64,000 nt of DNA from Octopus vulgaris (taxonomy: Eukaryota). The notes beneath the pieces were generated by a model, which saw only the letters and a program-made list of their open reading frames with translations, made no database searches and was not told the origin of the DNA. Positions 1 through 14,245 of this stretch are shown piece by piece; within the stretch, counting starts at the first letter, position 1, and every line of letters starts with the position of its first letter. Location: assembly GCA_951406725.2 (NCBI GenBank), contig OX597818.1:87978001-88042000 (forward strand), written 5' to 3'. A program made the translations under genes and the position numbers.

Positions 1-166
1 CTAAATGGAGGCGTGGTCAAATCTTATTTTATGGACTCAACCATGTTCTAAAATAAATCGAAATATAAGCTACTATAAATCGGCACGAACTTTCCGAACA
101 ACCCAATAGATATATATCCCTGAAGCACGGTTTGTTTAGTTTTACCGTTTTACCCCTCTCTAACCC

Positions 167-350
167 AGTGCCCCGCAACTGGTATGCCGCGGCACACTGG
201 TGTGCTATGAGACGACGCTATGTGTACCATCGTGTAACCTGAACATAATTTTTCTCTATACTTTTAGTTACATTTTTAGTTCAGGTGTGCCGCCGAAAAG
301 AATATAAGTGTGCCGCAAGTGAAAAAAATATTCCAGAGGAGAAAGTACTG
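167..350. mobile_element. Degenerate hAT/Charlie-like MITE
   Basis: Starts CAGTG.. and ends ..TACTG, with repeated GTGTGCCGC / GCGGCACAC subterminal motifs typical of non-autonomous hAT elements. Confidence 0.4.
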
Positions 351-1046
351 AAAGTTTCATACTTGTGTCCTACCTTTCGCACACAGATATGGTGCAGACA
401 CCAACACAGATAACATACGTCAAACCTATCTTATATCTACGAGGAGACCCCTCGAAAGCCATCTCGAATAGGATCATGTGAACCTCGTCCCTTTTGACAG
501 TACTTAAAACCAATGTAAGATTGTACAAGATTGTTTCGCTTATACTGAAACAATCTTGTACGCCAGACAAACTTGCTTTAATCAATATGCAACTTGAAGT
601 TGCTACAAATGTAATGTCAAAACACATTTAAAGATCAGGTTCATTAATATTAATTAACAATAATTAATTTTAATTCCGTGTCTCGCCTGATTTGGTTGAC
701 CAGGAAAACTCATTAAAATAATGGTTTGCTCTCCCCACTAAGAATGTAGTTTTAATTAATTAATTAAAAATTTCTTGTCTATATTAAGCATGTTAGCATT
801 CACTTAACTACTAATTTAATCAGTTTGGAAGGTATGGGGAGACAATCCCTACAGGCTAAAGTCACGTTAAAGGTCATTAGCGATGCACAGCTATCCCTGT
901 AAAGTTGAGAGAATTACTAAATAAATTTACACTGTTGTATAAGGACAGACGTAAAAATTAGCATATTTAAAAAAAAAAAGAAATTTATATTTCGTTTTTG
1001 GATTTGGTTTGCAAGATTCTTTATATGAGTTCGTGTGTTGAAGCAT

Positions 1047-1285
1047 ATTCTTTTGTGTCTGGGGAGAGTCATTTTCTTTTGTGCCTTATAATGTAACACA
1101 CTCACCGGTAAAAATTCCACTTATTTCTTATTTTTATTTTCCTATAATTTCCGTTGCGTCTTGCAACCTTTTCAATAGTCTTTTAGGAAAATGAAAACAA
1201 GAAATAAATGGAAATTTTGCCGGTGTGTGTGTTACATTATAAGGCACAAAAAAGAAAATGACTCTCCACAGACACAACAAAAGAA
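1047..1285. repeat. ~97-bp imperfect inverted repeat, Penelope pLTR-like, with a degenerate hammerhead-like fold in the spacer
   Basis: 1047-1143 (ttcttttgtgtctggggagagtcattttc...ttttcct) is the reverse complement of 1185-1285 (aggaaaa...gaaaatgactctccacagacacaacaaaagaa). Confidence 0.75.
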
Positions 1286-1293
1286 ATTTAGTT

Positions 1294-1449
1294 TACCATG
1301 TTTGCTCGTGTATAAGTTGCACTATTTTACGTTTGATTTTTGTCTGGTATGTGACTGATAAAGGAGAAAAGCTAAAACTATGAAGATCTATCTCTAAATT
1401 AGGGGTACACTTGTACACGAGTGCAACTTATACACGAATAAGTACGGTA
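1294..1449. mobile_element. Tc1/mariner superfamily (pogo/Tc2-like) MITE
   Basis: ~29-bp TIRs including flanking TA: TACCATGTTTGCTCGTGTATAAGTTGCAC and GTGCAACTTATACACGAATAAGTACGGTA. Confidence 0.7.
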
Positions 1450-1724
1450 ATTACTCAGAGTCGCTATCCCCATGCAATTCATCAGCTAAGTGTTAATATC
1501 TTTAATGCAAGTAACAACAAAAACCTAAGAGATATTGAAGCGATATGAGAAAGACAGTACTAGCTACATCACTCAATATGTCTTGAAGCTTATTAGACAT
1601 ATCAAGACAGTAAGGTGTATTGTGTTTTGTAAAGTAGAATACCAAGGAATTTGGTAGAAAACTGAGAGACTGCATAGTCGTTTCTACAGTGCCACGTTTT
1701 GATTTTATTTGATGATGTCCCTTT

Positions 1725-2010
1725 ACACTGGCTTCAAATTTTGGCATAAGACCAGCCAGTTCAGGAAAGGGGCAAGTTAATTACATCAACCCCAGTGCTC
1801 CACACTAGGCACAAGGTTCGAAATTTTTGGGGACGGGGCCAGCCGATTAGATCGACCCCATCACGCAACTGGTACTTAATTTATCGACCCCGAAAGGATG
1901 AAAAGTAAAGTCGACCTTAGCGGAAATTGAACTCAGAATGTTCTGAACCAAAACGGCGTGCTGTAAGCATTTCGCCCGGCATGCTAACGATTCAGCCAGC
2001 TCACTGTCTT
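1725..2010 (-). mobile_element. SINE family B copy
   Basis: Shares CAACTGGTACTTAATTTATCGACCCCGAAAGGATGAAA...GAACTCAGAA with the copies at 30.3, 37.1 and 40.7 kb. Confidence 0.75.
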
Positions 2011-3079
2011 AGGTGTCCTTTGATAGTGAATGGCTTTGGGGAAAGAGCTATACGCTAGTGTTCACATGTCCTTAGATTTCGGTGAGATCGACATGCTTAA
2101 CGTTCATACGAGACTATCGCAACTCTTTAGTTACACGAAGGAAATATTTCCTAAAAGGAATTCCAGAAGGTCGATATTCTACAGGAGAAAGGACTGAAGG
2201 TGGTGATTAGTGTGGGATGGGAGTGATAGCTGGTAGGCATATGAAGAATACGAATCCAGGGACAGGAGCTGAGGTGGTACGACACGAAACCAGCCATATC
2301 AAGGAGCAGTGACCACTGTAGTAACGGGAGATAATCCAGAGAGAGAAAGAGGACACAGCGTGTCTGTGATCTGGACGAGGGAGTGTATTGATGAGCAAGT
2401 TTTGTAACAATATTGCATGTGTCTAGGTTGTTTTCTGTCTGTAGCAGGAATAGTAGCCGCAGGAGCAGTAGCAAGTGTGAGGGGCTGAATCTGGCTGGTT
2501 TGAACATAAAACAGACAGAATATGAGAATTCGTTCCCCAGGGCCGGACACGAAATTTTCTTTCCCTCGAGAGTTTCGGATCCTAATTATGAACTCATTTG
2601 CATACAGCCAATCAGAGCTCAACTATCAAACTAATTTATGAGCGCATAACAAGTGATGGGCGATAAGATAAAGTCACTTGGGTATGAAGCGGCTATGCTT
2701 CTTTTCTCTTTTAAGAATGCTTGTTGTTGTTTTTGTTTCTGCGTAGTTATTTGTGTTGTTGTTTACTTTGTAAAACAGTAAGGGGAGAAGGTTGCTAGCA
2801 CATCACCCTCTACCCACATTTTTCTCATCCACATCTTTACTACATGGGGCCCTAACAAAATCCGATAATAGGTATAGATGCAAATCTATCTAATTACTTG
2901 TCTCCTTCTGAAATCAGGCATAACTTGGCAATCGGTCGACTTACAACACCGTTCTTCGTCTTGGTCAAGGTGAGCTCTGATCAGCTGTATGCAAATGAGT
3001 TCATTACTGTGGCCCGGAACTCGCGTGTGAAAAAGTTTCGCGGGTCGGACCGTCAATCGAGAATTCCACTGCGACGAGA

Positions 3080-3448
3080 GAGGACATTCGACAAAAGCGA
3101 CCTGATCTACGGAGCGCAAAGAATTGGATTCTTCGCAACGGAAAAGAACCCTGTCACCAAGCCCTCCTCACTCGTGAGTTTCTCGCCAAAAACATGGTAT
3201 CGTTTCTGCACCCGCCCAATTCGCCAGATTTAGCACCTGCGGACTTCCATCTCTTCCCCAAGATGAAAATACAGCTCACTGGTCACCGTTTTAACACCGT
3301 TGTCGAGATCAAGAGTGAATCGCAGAATATCCTTGACTCGCTTACAGAAAATGACTTCCAGACTGGATTCCAAAAGTGGCGGGAATGCCGGGACCAGTGC
3401 AATGCTACGCAAGGTAACTATTTCGAAGGTGATGATTATAAAACTTAG
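3080..3448 (+). pseudogene. Mariner transposase C-terminal remnant (internally deleted element, approx. 2870-3510)
   Basis: Translates EDIRQKRPDL..KNWIL..PCH...EFLAKNMVSFLHPPNSPDLAPADFHLFPKMK..G.RF...QGNYFEGD, matching the mariner YSPDLAPxD motif. Confidence 0.9.
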
Positions 3449-4311
3449 GTAAATACGCTATTTTTAAAATGAAACATAACTTGTCCGGGAGCATGACTAG
3501 TCCCGGAACCTATTTAAGCTGAATAGGGACAGTTTAAATTCTAAAGAGTTAATAGGATTAACAGTCGTGTGCGTGCTACGAGTATGTTGAAGATGTTCGC
3601 GATAGCCTAACGTACAAGTGTTACATTTCAGGAACTTAAACTGATAAACAAAAAACAAACAAACAACAGCAATAACAACAACAACAGCAGCAGCGATAAC
3701 AAAAATAGTTTCGACAACAGCAATTACAACGATAGTAATAATGTAGAAGTCTATAGCAAAGAGGAATCGAATTTATCAAAGTTGATTTTGCTGGTCAGTG
3801 AGTTTCTCTCGTTGAATATAAATACAGACAATGGAAACCGAACGAAGTTAGGTGTTGTGACGTCTATATATCAAACTGCTTGACAAGGTGAGGATGGAAT
3901 GGTATAGTAAGTATACGGTGCAGTGTAGTGCAAGTCGAATGTGGGCCATAAATAACAATTATAAATATATTTGCACCAATTAGTACACTGGTAAACTGAG
4001 CAATTCGGAAACTATCTGACAAAAATGGATCAAAGAATATTCACTGCCGCCAAAAACAAAAAGAAAAGGAAAGAAAAAAAAGGAAAGCAGGAAAGAAAAG
4101 AAAAAGAAAAATGATTTCTTGAGAAGTGGCTTTTGCCAAACGAATAAATTAGACTGGAATGATGCCATGAGATAGGTTGGTGAAGAAGACGGTCAAGTTT
4201 TTGGTTTTGTTGCTGCTGTGAAACTGGAGCGAACTGTGAAGGGAAGTGAAAGGTGGGTGGGCGAGTGGGAAGGAAGTTTTTAAAGAATTTTATATACTGT
4301 GTATTATGCTT

Positions 4312-4754
4312 TTATTCTTTCATTTCTTTCAGTTATTTGACTGGGACCTTGCTGGAGCACCGTTTTGAAGGATTTTAGTCGAAGAAATCGACCCTAGGAC
4401 TTATTTCTAAAGTCAAGTACTTATTTTATCGCACTCTTTTGCCGAACCGCTAATGTTACGGGTTGTGAAGTGGTGATGGGCTATAAATACACACGCACAC
4501 ACATAGACACACACAGACACACACACGCGCGCGCACACACACACACTCACACACACACACACGCACACAGGCACACACACACATACATATATATACGATG
4601 GGCGTCTTTCAGGTTTCCGTCTACTAAATCCACTCAAGGCTTCGGTCGACCCGTGGCTATAGTAGAAGACACTTGGCCAATGTGCCATGCAGTGGGACTG
4701 AATCCAAAGCCATGTGGTTGCGAGGAAAATTCTAACCACACACCCATGCCTGCG

Positions 4755-4757
<3 letters not shown>
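4312..4757 (-). mobile_element. tRNA-derived SINE family A (internal (TG)n)
   Basis: Minus-strand head AGGCGCAGGCATGGGTGTGTGGTTAG; body matches the copies at 7.4, 35.8, 46.6 and 58.5 kb. Confidence 0.8.
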
Positions 4758-4791
<34 letters not shown>

Positions 4792-4995
4792 TGATCAAAA
4801 TAAAAACATGATGCGAAGGATTCAGCGGTACATATGTTTCGGGCCTTTATTAGACAGATTTATAACAATGCATAATGTATGTATGTGGCCTTCTTCAGCC
4901 GCGCACAACAGCTTCCACAAGGACATGTGTTACATCAAAAATTCTTGGTTGGGGATGCAAATCCTCTCATTCGCGTACGACATAATGCGGCAGCA

Positions 4996-5023
<28 letters not shown>

Positions 5024-5031
<8 letters not shown>

Positions 5032-5238
5032 TCAAACATATAAAGGATGGCCATAATAGGACATCTGACTCACTAGAAAGAGCATTTAAACTCCAAATTA
5101 CTAATAGTTGTAATTCTGAAATGGAAAGAGAAATAAAAACGTTTACCCTATCCTTTCTGGACTATGCATAGTTTCGGCAATCTTTCTAGTGAATCGGATG
5201 TCCTATTATGGTCATCCCTTATATGTTTGAATGTATAT
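5024..5238. repeat. ~57-bp inverted repeat (fold-back element)
   Basis: atatacattcaaacatataaaggatggccataataggacatctgactcactagaaaga pairs with tctttctagtgaatcggatgtcctattatggtcatcccttatatgtttgaatgtatat. Confidence 0.8.
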
Positions 5239-5317
5239 TACATACTCTATTGACTATTTTTTCTTTATCACTTGACCGCTGGTAGCGGAGAATTTTTTGC
5301 TACCCTAAAATTTATTA

Positions 5318-5403
<86 letters not shown>

Positions 5404-5405
<2 letters not shown>

Positions 5406-5518
5406 CGGGAAGCTTTATGAAAATAAACAAAAGACGAAGGCAGGTGGAAAACAAACGAACAATTGTATTAGTATGGCGCTCAGGAAATATAAATAAAACA
5501 AGTCTTTAACGTTTCGAG

Positions 5519-5520
<2 letters not shown>
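5404..5520 (-). repeat. Truncated copy of the hammerhead-variant repeat family (cf. 34029-34275)
   Basis: Near-identical to 34029-34195; ends at ...aacgtttcgagcc inside (TA)n. Confidence 0.7.
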
Positions 5521-5586
<66 letters not shown>

Positions 5587-5719
5587 CATGAATAATATAT
5601 AAATATACGGGGGTGCATCAGCATGGCCGCAGTTCTGAGCTGAAACTAGAGAGAAAAATATGCATATATACATACATATATGTACATACCTACATATATA
5701 TATGTATATATACATGCGT

Positions 5720-6130
5720 ATATGGGTACAGGACATAAAAAAGAAACGTTGAACTTAATGAGAAACGAAAACATAAAAACAAAAACATAGAAACGAACTT
5801 TTTTTCAAATAACGAAAAGAAAACCCCAGAGAAACGAGACATACAGCGCACGGAATATTCCCCTTCTTCAGTTGTCCCTGTTTCATTTAATCCACGAAAC
5901 GAAGGCAAGGACAAGACGCATCTTCGTTGAAATAATCCTACCCGCAAAGCAAATTAGATAAAATTTTGGATTTTTTGCAGAGGGTGAAAGTGGTAACAAG
6001 AACAGGACAGTAAGAACAAAACAGTAAAAACAATAAAAAAAGTAAAAACAGTAAAAGACAGAACAATAAGAACAAAGCAGTAAAAACAAATGATGAGGGC
6101 TGTTAAGCGAAGATGATGGCAAAATTATTC
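5720..6130. repeat. Dispersed non-coding repeat (related copies 56700-57040 and, inverted, 38660-38755)
   Basis: Shared gtacaggaca..aaaa...gagaaacgaaaacata; the 5.7 and 56.7 kb copies also share cccttcttcagt and caggacagtaa. Confidence 0.6.
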
Positions 6131-6442
6131 TGAACGCTTAAGGAGACTTATGAAGAGACAGATAAGCTGGTTTGGTCATACCTGTCTTAATCTATTCATA
6201 TTAATGTACTACCATCATTTCTATACTATATGTAATCAGAAGAAAGGCAATGAAATTTCCCTTCTGAATCTCATCGAGAATCTCAAACTGAAAAAAATAG
6301 AACATTAGCTAAAACATTAAATGGAAGATTTCCCCTTTGCCAAGCAATAAGAAAGGTGGCTAATTCTGTATGACGGATTGCATAGAAATTCTCTTTGCAA
6401 ACATTTCCCTCCTTAACTAACACGCGTATTTCATATTGTCTA

Positions 6443-7340
6443 CACGAGTTGCATTCAAAAAGTACCCGACTTTATTTTTTCCTGCCAAAACTAATGTTGC
6501 GTGGGCAAAAATCCTCTGGGTGGAAGGTGAAAATTTTCGTACCGGTAAGCCGCGTCAGTTCCCACGAGTTTTGGCTTGATTACAGACATGTAGTGCGTGC
6601 TCGTCGGAGTTTCGTTTTCAATCAAGGTGACCGAACGCATCGAACAGAGACTATGTTCTACCACCAGTGGTAAAGACTGAGTCCTTGTTTGCACAGCCCT
6701 GCATGTCCTGGGTGATTTCCATGCGTAGTTGCTTCTGCTGCTCTCCCAGCATCTTGGCGATGAATTTTGCCAACACTCTTGGCATGCACAAATCCTCCAT
6801 TAAAATGGAATGCACTGATCCTGTGCTTACTTCCACTTCTTGAGCAATTTCCTGGATTGCTACCCGACGATTTTCCATGACTATTCGCCGAAACTTCTCA
6901 ATCGGCTTCTTATTTCGGCTTGAGGATAGCCTGTCGGAGCGTACCTCACGCTCCATTGAGGTGCAGCCATGTTTGAAGCGGTTGTAACACTCTTTGATCT
7001 GAGTTTAGCCCATGGCATCATCACTAAAGGCTTGCTGAATCTTCTGGATGATTTGAGCTTGAGTATCACCAAACTTTTGGCAAAACTTTATACAATATCT
7101 CTGCTCGATGCATTCGATGAAAACGAAAATCCGACGAGCGCATAATACACGTCTGTGACGAACGCGCACTACACATCTGTACTCCGAGTGTAACAACTGG
7201 AAACTAACGCGGCTTATCTCTGCCAAAATTTTCACTCAAGCACAGGAAAGGTGGTATAACCTCCTATCCAAAGAATTTCACCCACGTGGCATTAATTTTG
7301 GTAAAAAATAAAGTCGCATAATTTTTGAACGCATCTCGTA
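6443..7340 (-). mobile_element. Non-autonomous mariner element with transposase N-terminal (HTH) remnant
   Basis: TIRs CACGAGTTGCATTCAAAAAGTACCCGACTTTATTTTT / AAAAAATAAAGTCGCATAATTTTTGAACGCATCTCGTA, TA on both sides; frames IEQRYCIKFCQKFG..IIQKIQQAFSDDAMG and ENRRVAIQEIAQEVEVSTGSVHSILMEDLCM. Confidence 0.9.
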
Positions 7341-7357
7341 TAAAAATTTAAAACATT

Positions 7358-7563
7358 ACTCTTTACTCTTTTACTTGTTTCAGTCATTTGACTGTGGCCA
7401 TGCTGGAGCACCGCCTTTAGTTGAGAAAATCGACCCCAGGACTTATTCTTTGTAAGCATAGTATTTATTCTATCGATCACTTTTGCCGAACCGCTAAGTT
7501 ACGGGGACGTAAACACACCATCATCGGTTGTCGAGCGATGTTGGGGTGACAAACACAGACACA

Positions 7564-7649
<86 letters not shown>

Positions 7650-7820
7650 CATATATATGACGGGCTTCTTTCGGTTTCCGTCTACCAAATTCACTCACAA
7701 GGCTTTGGTCGGCCCGAGGCTATAGTAGAAGACACTTGCCCAAGGAGCCACGCAATGGGACTGAACCCGGAACCATGTAGTTGGTAAGCAAGCTACTTAT
7801 TACACAGCCACTCCTACGCC
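7358..7820 (-). mobile_element. tRNA-derived SINE family A
   Basis: Minus-strand head GGCGTAGGAGTGGCTGTGTAATAAGTAGCTTGCTTACC...GGTTCAGTCCC; 3' tail AAAAGAGTAAAGAGTA. Confidence 0.85.
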
Positions 7821-8711
7821 ACTGGGGAATTTTAGACCTTTAATTTACGTTAGCGTAAGGGTATCAGCAATAATATGAAAACATTGACAATCTGCATCAA
7901 ACAACCAATCATTAATTTTTTCCGAATACATATCGTATTCATTTTACATTAAAGATAAAAACCACCTTAGATATCTCACATAAAATATCTATTCATCTAC
8001 TTCAAACTTACTTGACAATTGTACAAAGCTTAATAGGCCCATAAACCCTACCTAAATGACCCTTACAAAACCCTCATCATTCACTTATACATATAAATTG
8101 AATTTCCACCCAAATTACCCAGGCAACTTCCATATTCGTACTTTGTGCTTTACGTTATAATTTACACACTTCATACTTTATAAAACCACGTTGTTTCACA
8201 GTCAAACAATGCTATATCGCTTATTTGATCATTGTATTAAAAACCAAACCTACACCTACTTATATTTAAATTCAATATCTACCCAGACATATTAGCGACT
8301 TCCACCGCTATAGTCACAGACCCATCTACTACAAACAGATAATTAGATTGATTCACTGAAAAATCAAATAATTCTACTACTATCACTACAACAACAACAG
8401 CAACAATAACAACGGCAACAACTTTCTTTGAATGAACTCGATTATTCTTTGATTCTCGACTAATTATATTTTCTTTGCCCTTTCATCACTACAAACGTAC
8501 CCTCTAATATTTGTGCCAATATCGTTCTGTGCAATATAACACAATACATTTATAACAATTTCATAATTTATTTTATTAGATAACCCAAATAAACTTAGTT
8601 CAGTAGATCTCTTAATATTGTAGTTCTTTATTTACTATCCCAAACAAATATACATAGACTCCTTTCTACCGCTTAACTTTAATAATAATAATGATAATAA
8701 TAATAATAATG

Positions 8712-8807
<96 letters not shown>

Positions 8808-9251
8808 GTGGTATAAAAGATTGGGTACAGCAAATATTCTGCTCAATACTACATATTTGCTTGTCAGTTGTTTGACCTTAACCAGTTGAGCATGTTCCTT
8901 AGTGGCTGACGATATGTGCATCTCTGATCAGGAGCAGAAGTAGTGGGGAGCATCATAGCCTTGTGTTGAGAGGGATTCTTTGGGATTTGGACAATTCACC
9001 TTTGGGAACATGGGTGGTTCGTTGAAAAATCCTTATTAAGGGACCTTTTGGGCGGGATGGGCTACTCGACCAGAAGAAAATTCTAACTGGGCCCCACCTA
9101 CATAGTCATGCGCTGTTTATCTTGTCGCGCACATATGGTTGTGATGCATGTGCCTAGTGAGCCCTTATCAGACGGGTGTCATGATGGGTATACTGGGCTT
9201 CAGGTATTTTACTCCAGTGTCACTTTCATGATATATACAGCTCTCTCACTC
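8808..9251 (+). mobile_element. Non-coding dispersed repeat flanked by (AAT)n; related inverted partial copy at 20603-20790
   Basis: cagcaaatattctgctcaatactacatatttgcttgtca...gctgacgata matches the reverse complement of 20603-20705. Confidence 0.55.
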
Positions 9252-9264
9252 AATAATGATGATG

Positions 9265-9319
<55 letters not shown>

Positions 9320-9472
9320 TAATAATAATAATAATGATTATAATGATGATGATGATGGGGTTCCTTTTATTTGCCACCAGGATGAAGGATGAGGGGGACA
9401 ATACAAAAACAGATATGTGTGGAAGTTTACAAATAATGGAATAGTTAAAAAAACAACCAGCGTAAACGCGTA

Positions 9473-9545
<73 letters not shown>

Positions 9546-9580
9546 TAATAATAACAAAAACAACCACAACAACAACAACA

Positions 9581-11162
9581 TTGCTCTATGTGGATGATCT
9601 GAAATTATATGCAAAACGTGACAATGATCTGAATGAGTTACTAGTAACTGAAAAAATTCATTCATGACATCATTATAGAATTTGGTCTGGACAAGTGTGG
9701 AAAAGCTTCGTTGACTTGTGGTAAACTGACAGCTAATACCACGACCTAACTTGATCCTGATACATCTATCACGGACCTGGACCAAGAAGGCTTTTATAAG
9801 TATCTTGGGATTTGCGAAGGGAAAGGTATTAAACACGGATCAACGAAAGAGAAGATCCGGAAAGAGTATTATAGACGTGCCAGTATGGTCCTGAATATCC
9901 TGAGTTGAACTCTCAGAATAGAATTGTGGCTATAAACTCCCAGGTGGTACCATCTGTTCGGTATGGCATTCATGTCGCCAGTTGTAATCTGTATGATCTC
10001 TAGCGTATGGACATAAAGACCAGGAAACTGCTGACACTAAACAAGAATATCACCCAAAATCAGACGTCCACAGACTATCTCCCACGAAAGGAAGGTGGCA
10101 GAGGCTTAATCCAGCTTGAAAGTCCTATAGAACGATCTCGATAGGACTCCAAGTATACATCCAAAGTAACACCGACTGGATGATACAGCTGGTGAGGTAA
10201 CACGAAGAGAGTAAGAAATTGCACTCAATCTCAACGAAGTCATATAAATCCAGATGAGAGCTTAACCTTCCTGAATATGATGATGATAAGGAGGACACAC
10301 CAACCACTAAGGCAGTAAACATTTGTAAAACAAAAGCCAAAGAAGAAATCTTGAGGGAAATATCAAGTCTGCGGCAAGGAAAACCATTGCATGGGCAGTA
10401 CCCCAAACAATTTGGGGAAGCTGATGTAGATATGAGAAGAACCCATCATTGGCTGCAGAGTGATGGTTTGAAAGCTGAAGCAGAAGGATTTATTTAGCGA
10501 AACAAGATCAGAGGCTCTTCACTAGGAGCTATCAAGCTAATGTCACACGCAATGAGGTAGACACAAAGTGTAGACTCTGCAATGACAAACTGTAGAATAT
10601 TGATCACATTGTTACCGGTGGATAGAGGTAACCAATACTTGCACTGGAAAATATGCGTCACTAGGGTTTCCCGCAACCTAAGAACTGGTATGAACAGCAC
10701 AAAGAGTCAGTCATTGAAGGAGAAAATGCCACCATCTTATGAGATTATGGGATACATACAGACAGGCAAATAAATGATAACAGACCAGACATCGTCATCA
10801 AAGATATAAGACAGAAAAGAGGACTGTTAATTGACATGACAGTACCTACTGATAGAAACATCTCAGCAAAGGAATTTAAAAAACTGTCGAAATATAAGGA
10901 GGACGAGATTAAGATATATAAGACGTGGTGATTAGAAACCCAAGCCATCCCTGTTGTTGCAGGTGCCCCGGGGATGATCAAGAAAGGTAGTGACTAATTT
11001 TTTGAGCAGATTCCTGGGAACCCAACAATCTATGAAACTTAAAAACTTGTGTTGGCATCAACCATCCACATTCTCAGGAAGTTTCACTCCATTCAATATA
11101 TACGTACATTAGGTCTTTGCTTGATATCCGGTCAGATGAAATAAAATGCAAATCAATCGGAA
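9581..11162 (+). pseudogene. 5'-truncated, degenerate R4/Dong-like non-LTR retrotransposon (RT C-terminal half + RLE endonuclease)
   Basis: Frame fragments LLYVDDLKLYAK (9581), EFGLDKC, YKYLGI, KIRKEYYRR, HPKSDVHRL, PRKEGGRGLIQLE, KPLHGQY, LHWKIC, NRPDIVIKD..LLIDMTVP..KEFKKLSKY; (AAT)n on both sides; many stops and frameshifts. Confidence 0.88.
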
Positions 11163-11166
11163 AATG

Positions 11167-11890
<724 letters not shown>

Positions 11891-12735
11891 TTATTGATTC
11901 CAGTTCGTAGGACATCTTGCCATATGCTGTTTCAAGACCGTCCACAAAACGGCAAGTAAAAAACCTAGGTACATTTTGAAAAGTCACATGAGTAGAGGCA
12001 TCTGTACCTATAAATACATAGCAGTTGATCGTACAGCATCTCACCTCTAAAGCACGGGTGCATGGTGATTCAAAACGGTCGTAGTGGCTCTGAATATAAG
12101 AGTCACGGGAATTCTATTCAAATTATACAACAGAAGTAGCTCTATAATGGAAGCATTACCAATACCACACATAGTTAGAGTATGCGTATTGTTAAAGTGT
12201 CAGAAGCTGCGGCTTTTTATCCAGGAATTATCTTTTTAAAGTAGTTTAGCATTAAAACAAAAAGCAATATACCTCAGAGCCAGGCAAAACGGAAGTCAAC
12301 GCAGAAGTGATTATGAGAGCAGCAGATACCGTATTTCGTCAGGGCTGCGGCTTACCAGTGCGACGTGTATTTATAAGAAACTTATATGTATTTAATTAGA
12401 TACAACATTAAGAACAGATTAATTTTAAATCTATGGGAAACAGCAAAAATTATGGATTTATCAGTTGTTAAGTGTGGCTATCAGTAGAAAGAGAAGCTGA
12501 TATTAACTAAAAGACGAGATTCCCCCATCCATCAACAAAAAAAGTAATATTTGTATAGCATAACAGACCGCAGGAGATTTAGAACTGGTATAGATCCTAA
12601 TGTATAATTATGTGGACAGATGTGATTGAGATAAGTAGGACATGAAAACAATAGAGGAAGGCAAGAAAGATAAATAAACCGACAGGCAGGAAGATAGATA
12701 GATAGATAGATAGACAGACAGACAAACAGACATAC

Positions 12736-12811
<76 letters not shown>

Positions 12812-13019
12812 GAAATTTATAGAAAAACAAACAACGAAAACAGATGTATGAACAACAAACACGTGTATTAGTTTGACGCTCGGGAAAAATCAAAAAGTCC
12901 TTTGCGATTCGAGCCTACGCTCTTTAACAAAAAGGAATAATAGAAAATAAACACAGAGAGTAAAAATTTGTAGATTTCAGCTGACCAGCATGGCGAATGA
13001 TTGGTATAAAAAATAGAAA

Positions 13020-13081
<62 letters not shown>

Positions 13082-13103
13082 TGATAGATAGATAGATAGA
13101 TAG

Positions 13104-13168
<65 letters not shown>

Positions 13169-13296
13169 TGGTAGTAAACTAGCTAAGTAGATGGATTGAT
13201 GATTAGAGAGAAAGAATTTGTTTGAAATAAATTAACGAACAAATAATTCTATATATAACAAATAAGTGTCTGTCTGTCTGTCTGTCCGTCTCCCTC

Positions 13297-13373
<77 letters not shown>

Positions 13374-13448
13374 AAATAACTGCACACATACACAAATACA
13401 CACACATACACACACAGAAATGCACATATATATGTATATATATAAATG

Positions 13449-13528
<80 letters not shown>

Positions 13529-13864
13529 TATATGGTGAGAGAGAGGAGGGAAGGAGAGAGTCATAGATATATACACACATATGTGCATATTTAGACGTTT
13601 GCGCATACACACAAACACACACACACACACACACACACGCACATACATACACACATGTATATTGCGGGCATGGTGCCTTTGGAGTTTAATTTGGTTTGTA
13701 ACAGCGGGAGAAACTGATGGTCACTAAATCTCGCTATATCAAAGAGTACCAAAATAAACTGGCAGTGCAAGATTTTTTTTCGTTTTTGGTTGAGAATTTG
13801 ACGTGTTGTAATCACGTGACGGAGGTGACAGAGAATAGCTCTGCATTTAGCCAGACGTATACGC

Positions 13865-13935
<71 letters not shown>

Positions 13936-14245
13936 CACTGAGGGAGAGAGTGTGAGAGAGGAAGAAGAGAGTGAGATGGGAAGGAGATAAATGGGTAAAT
14001 TGATTAATTGATTGATTGATTCAGTAGCACTGTCTGGTTACCCTTTTATCGCTGTAATAAACACACAAAGAGCACGCCTAATAATGGATTCTAAAACTGA
14101 AAATACTCACGAAACAATTCTACACTAGCAACCTACATATCCAACCAAATAGTTCAGTCTACACACACACACACACAAACACACATAGATAGATAGATAC
14201 ACACACACACATATATATATTCATATCTCTCTCTCTCTCTCTCTC

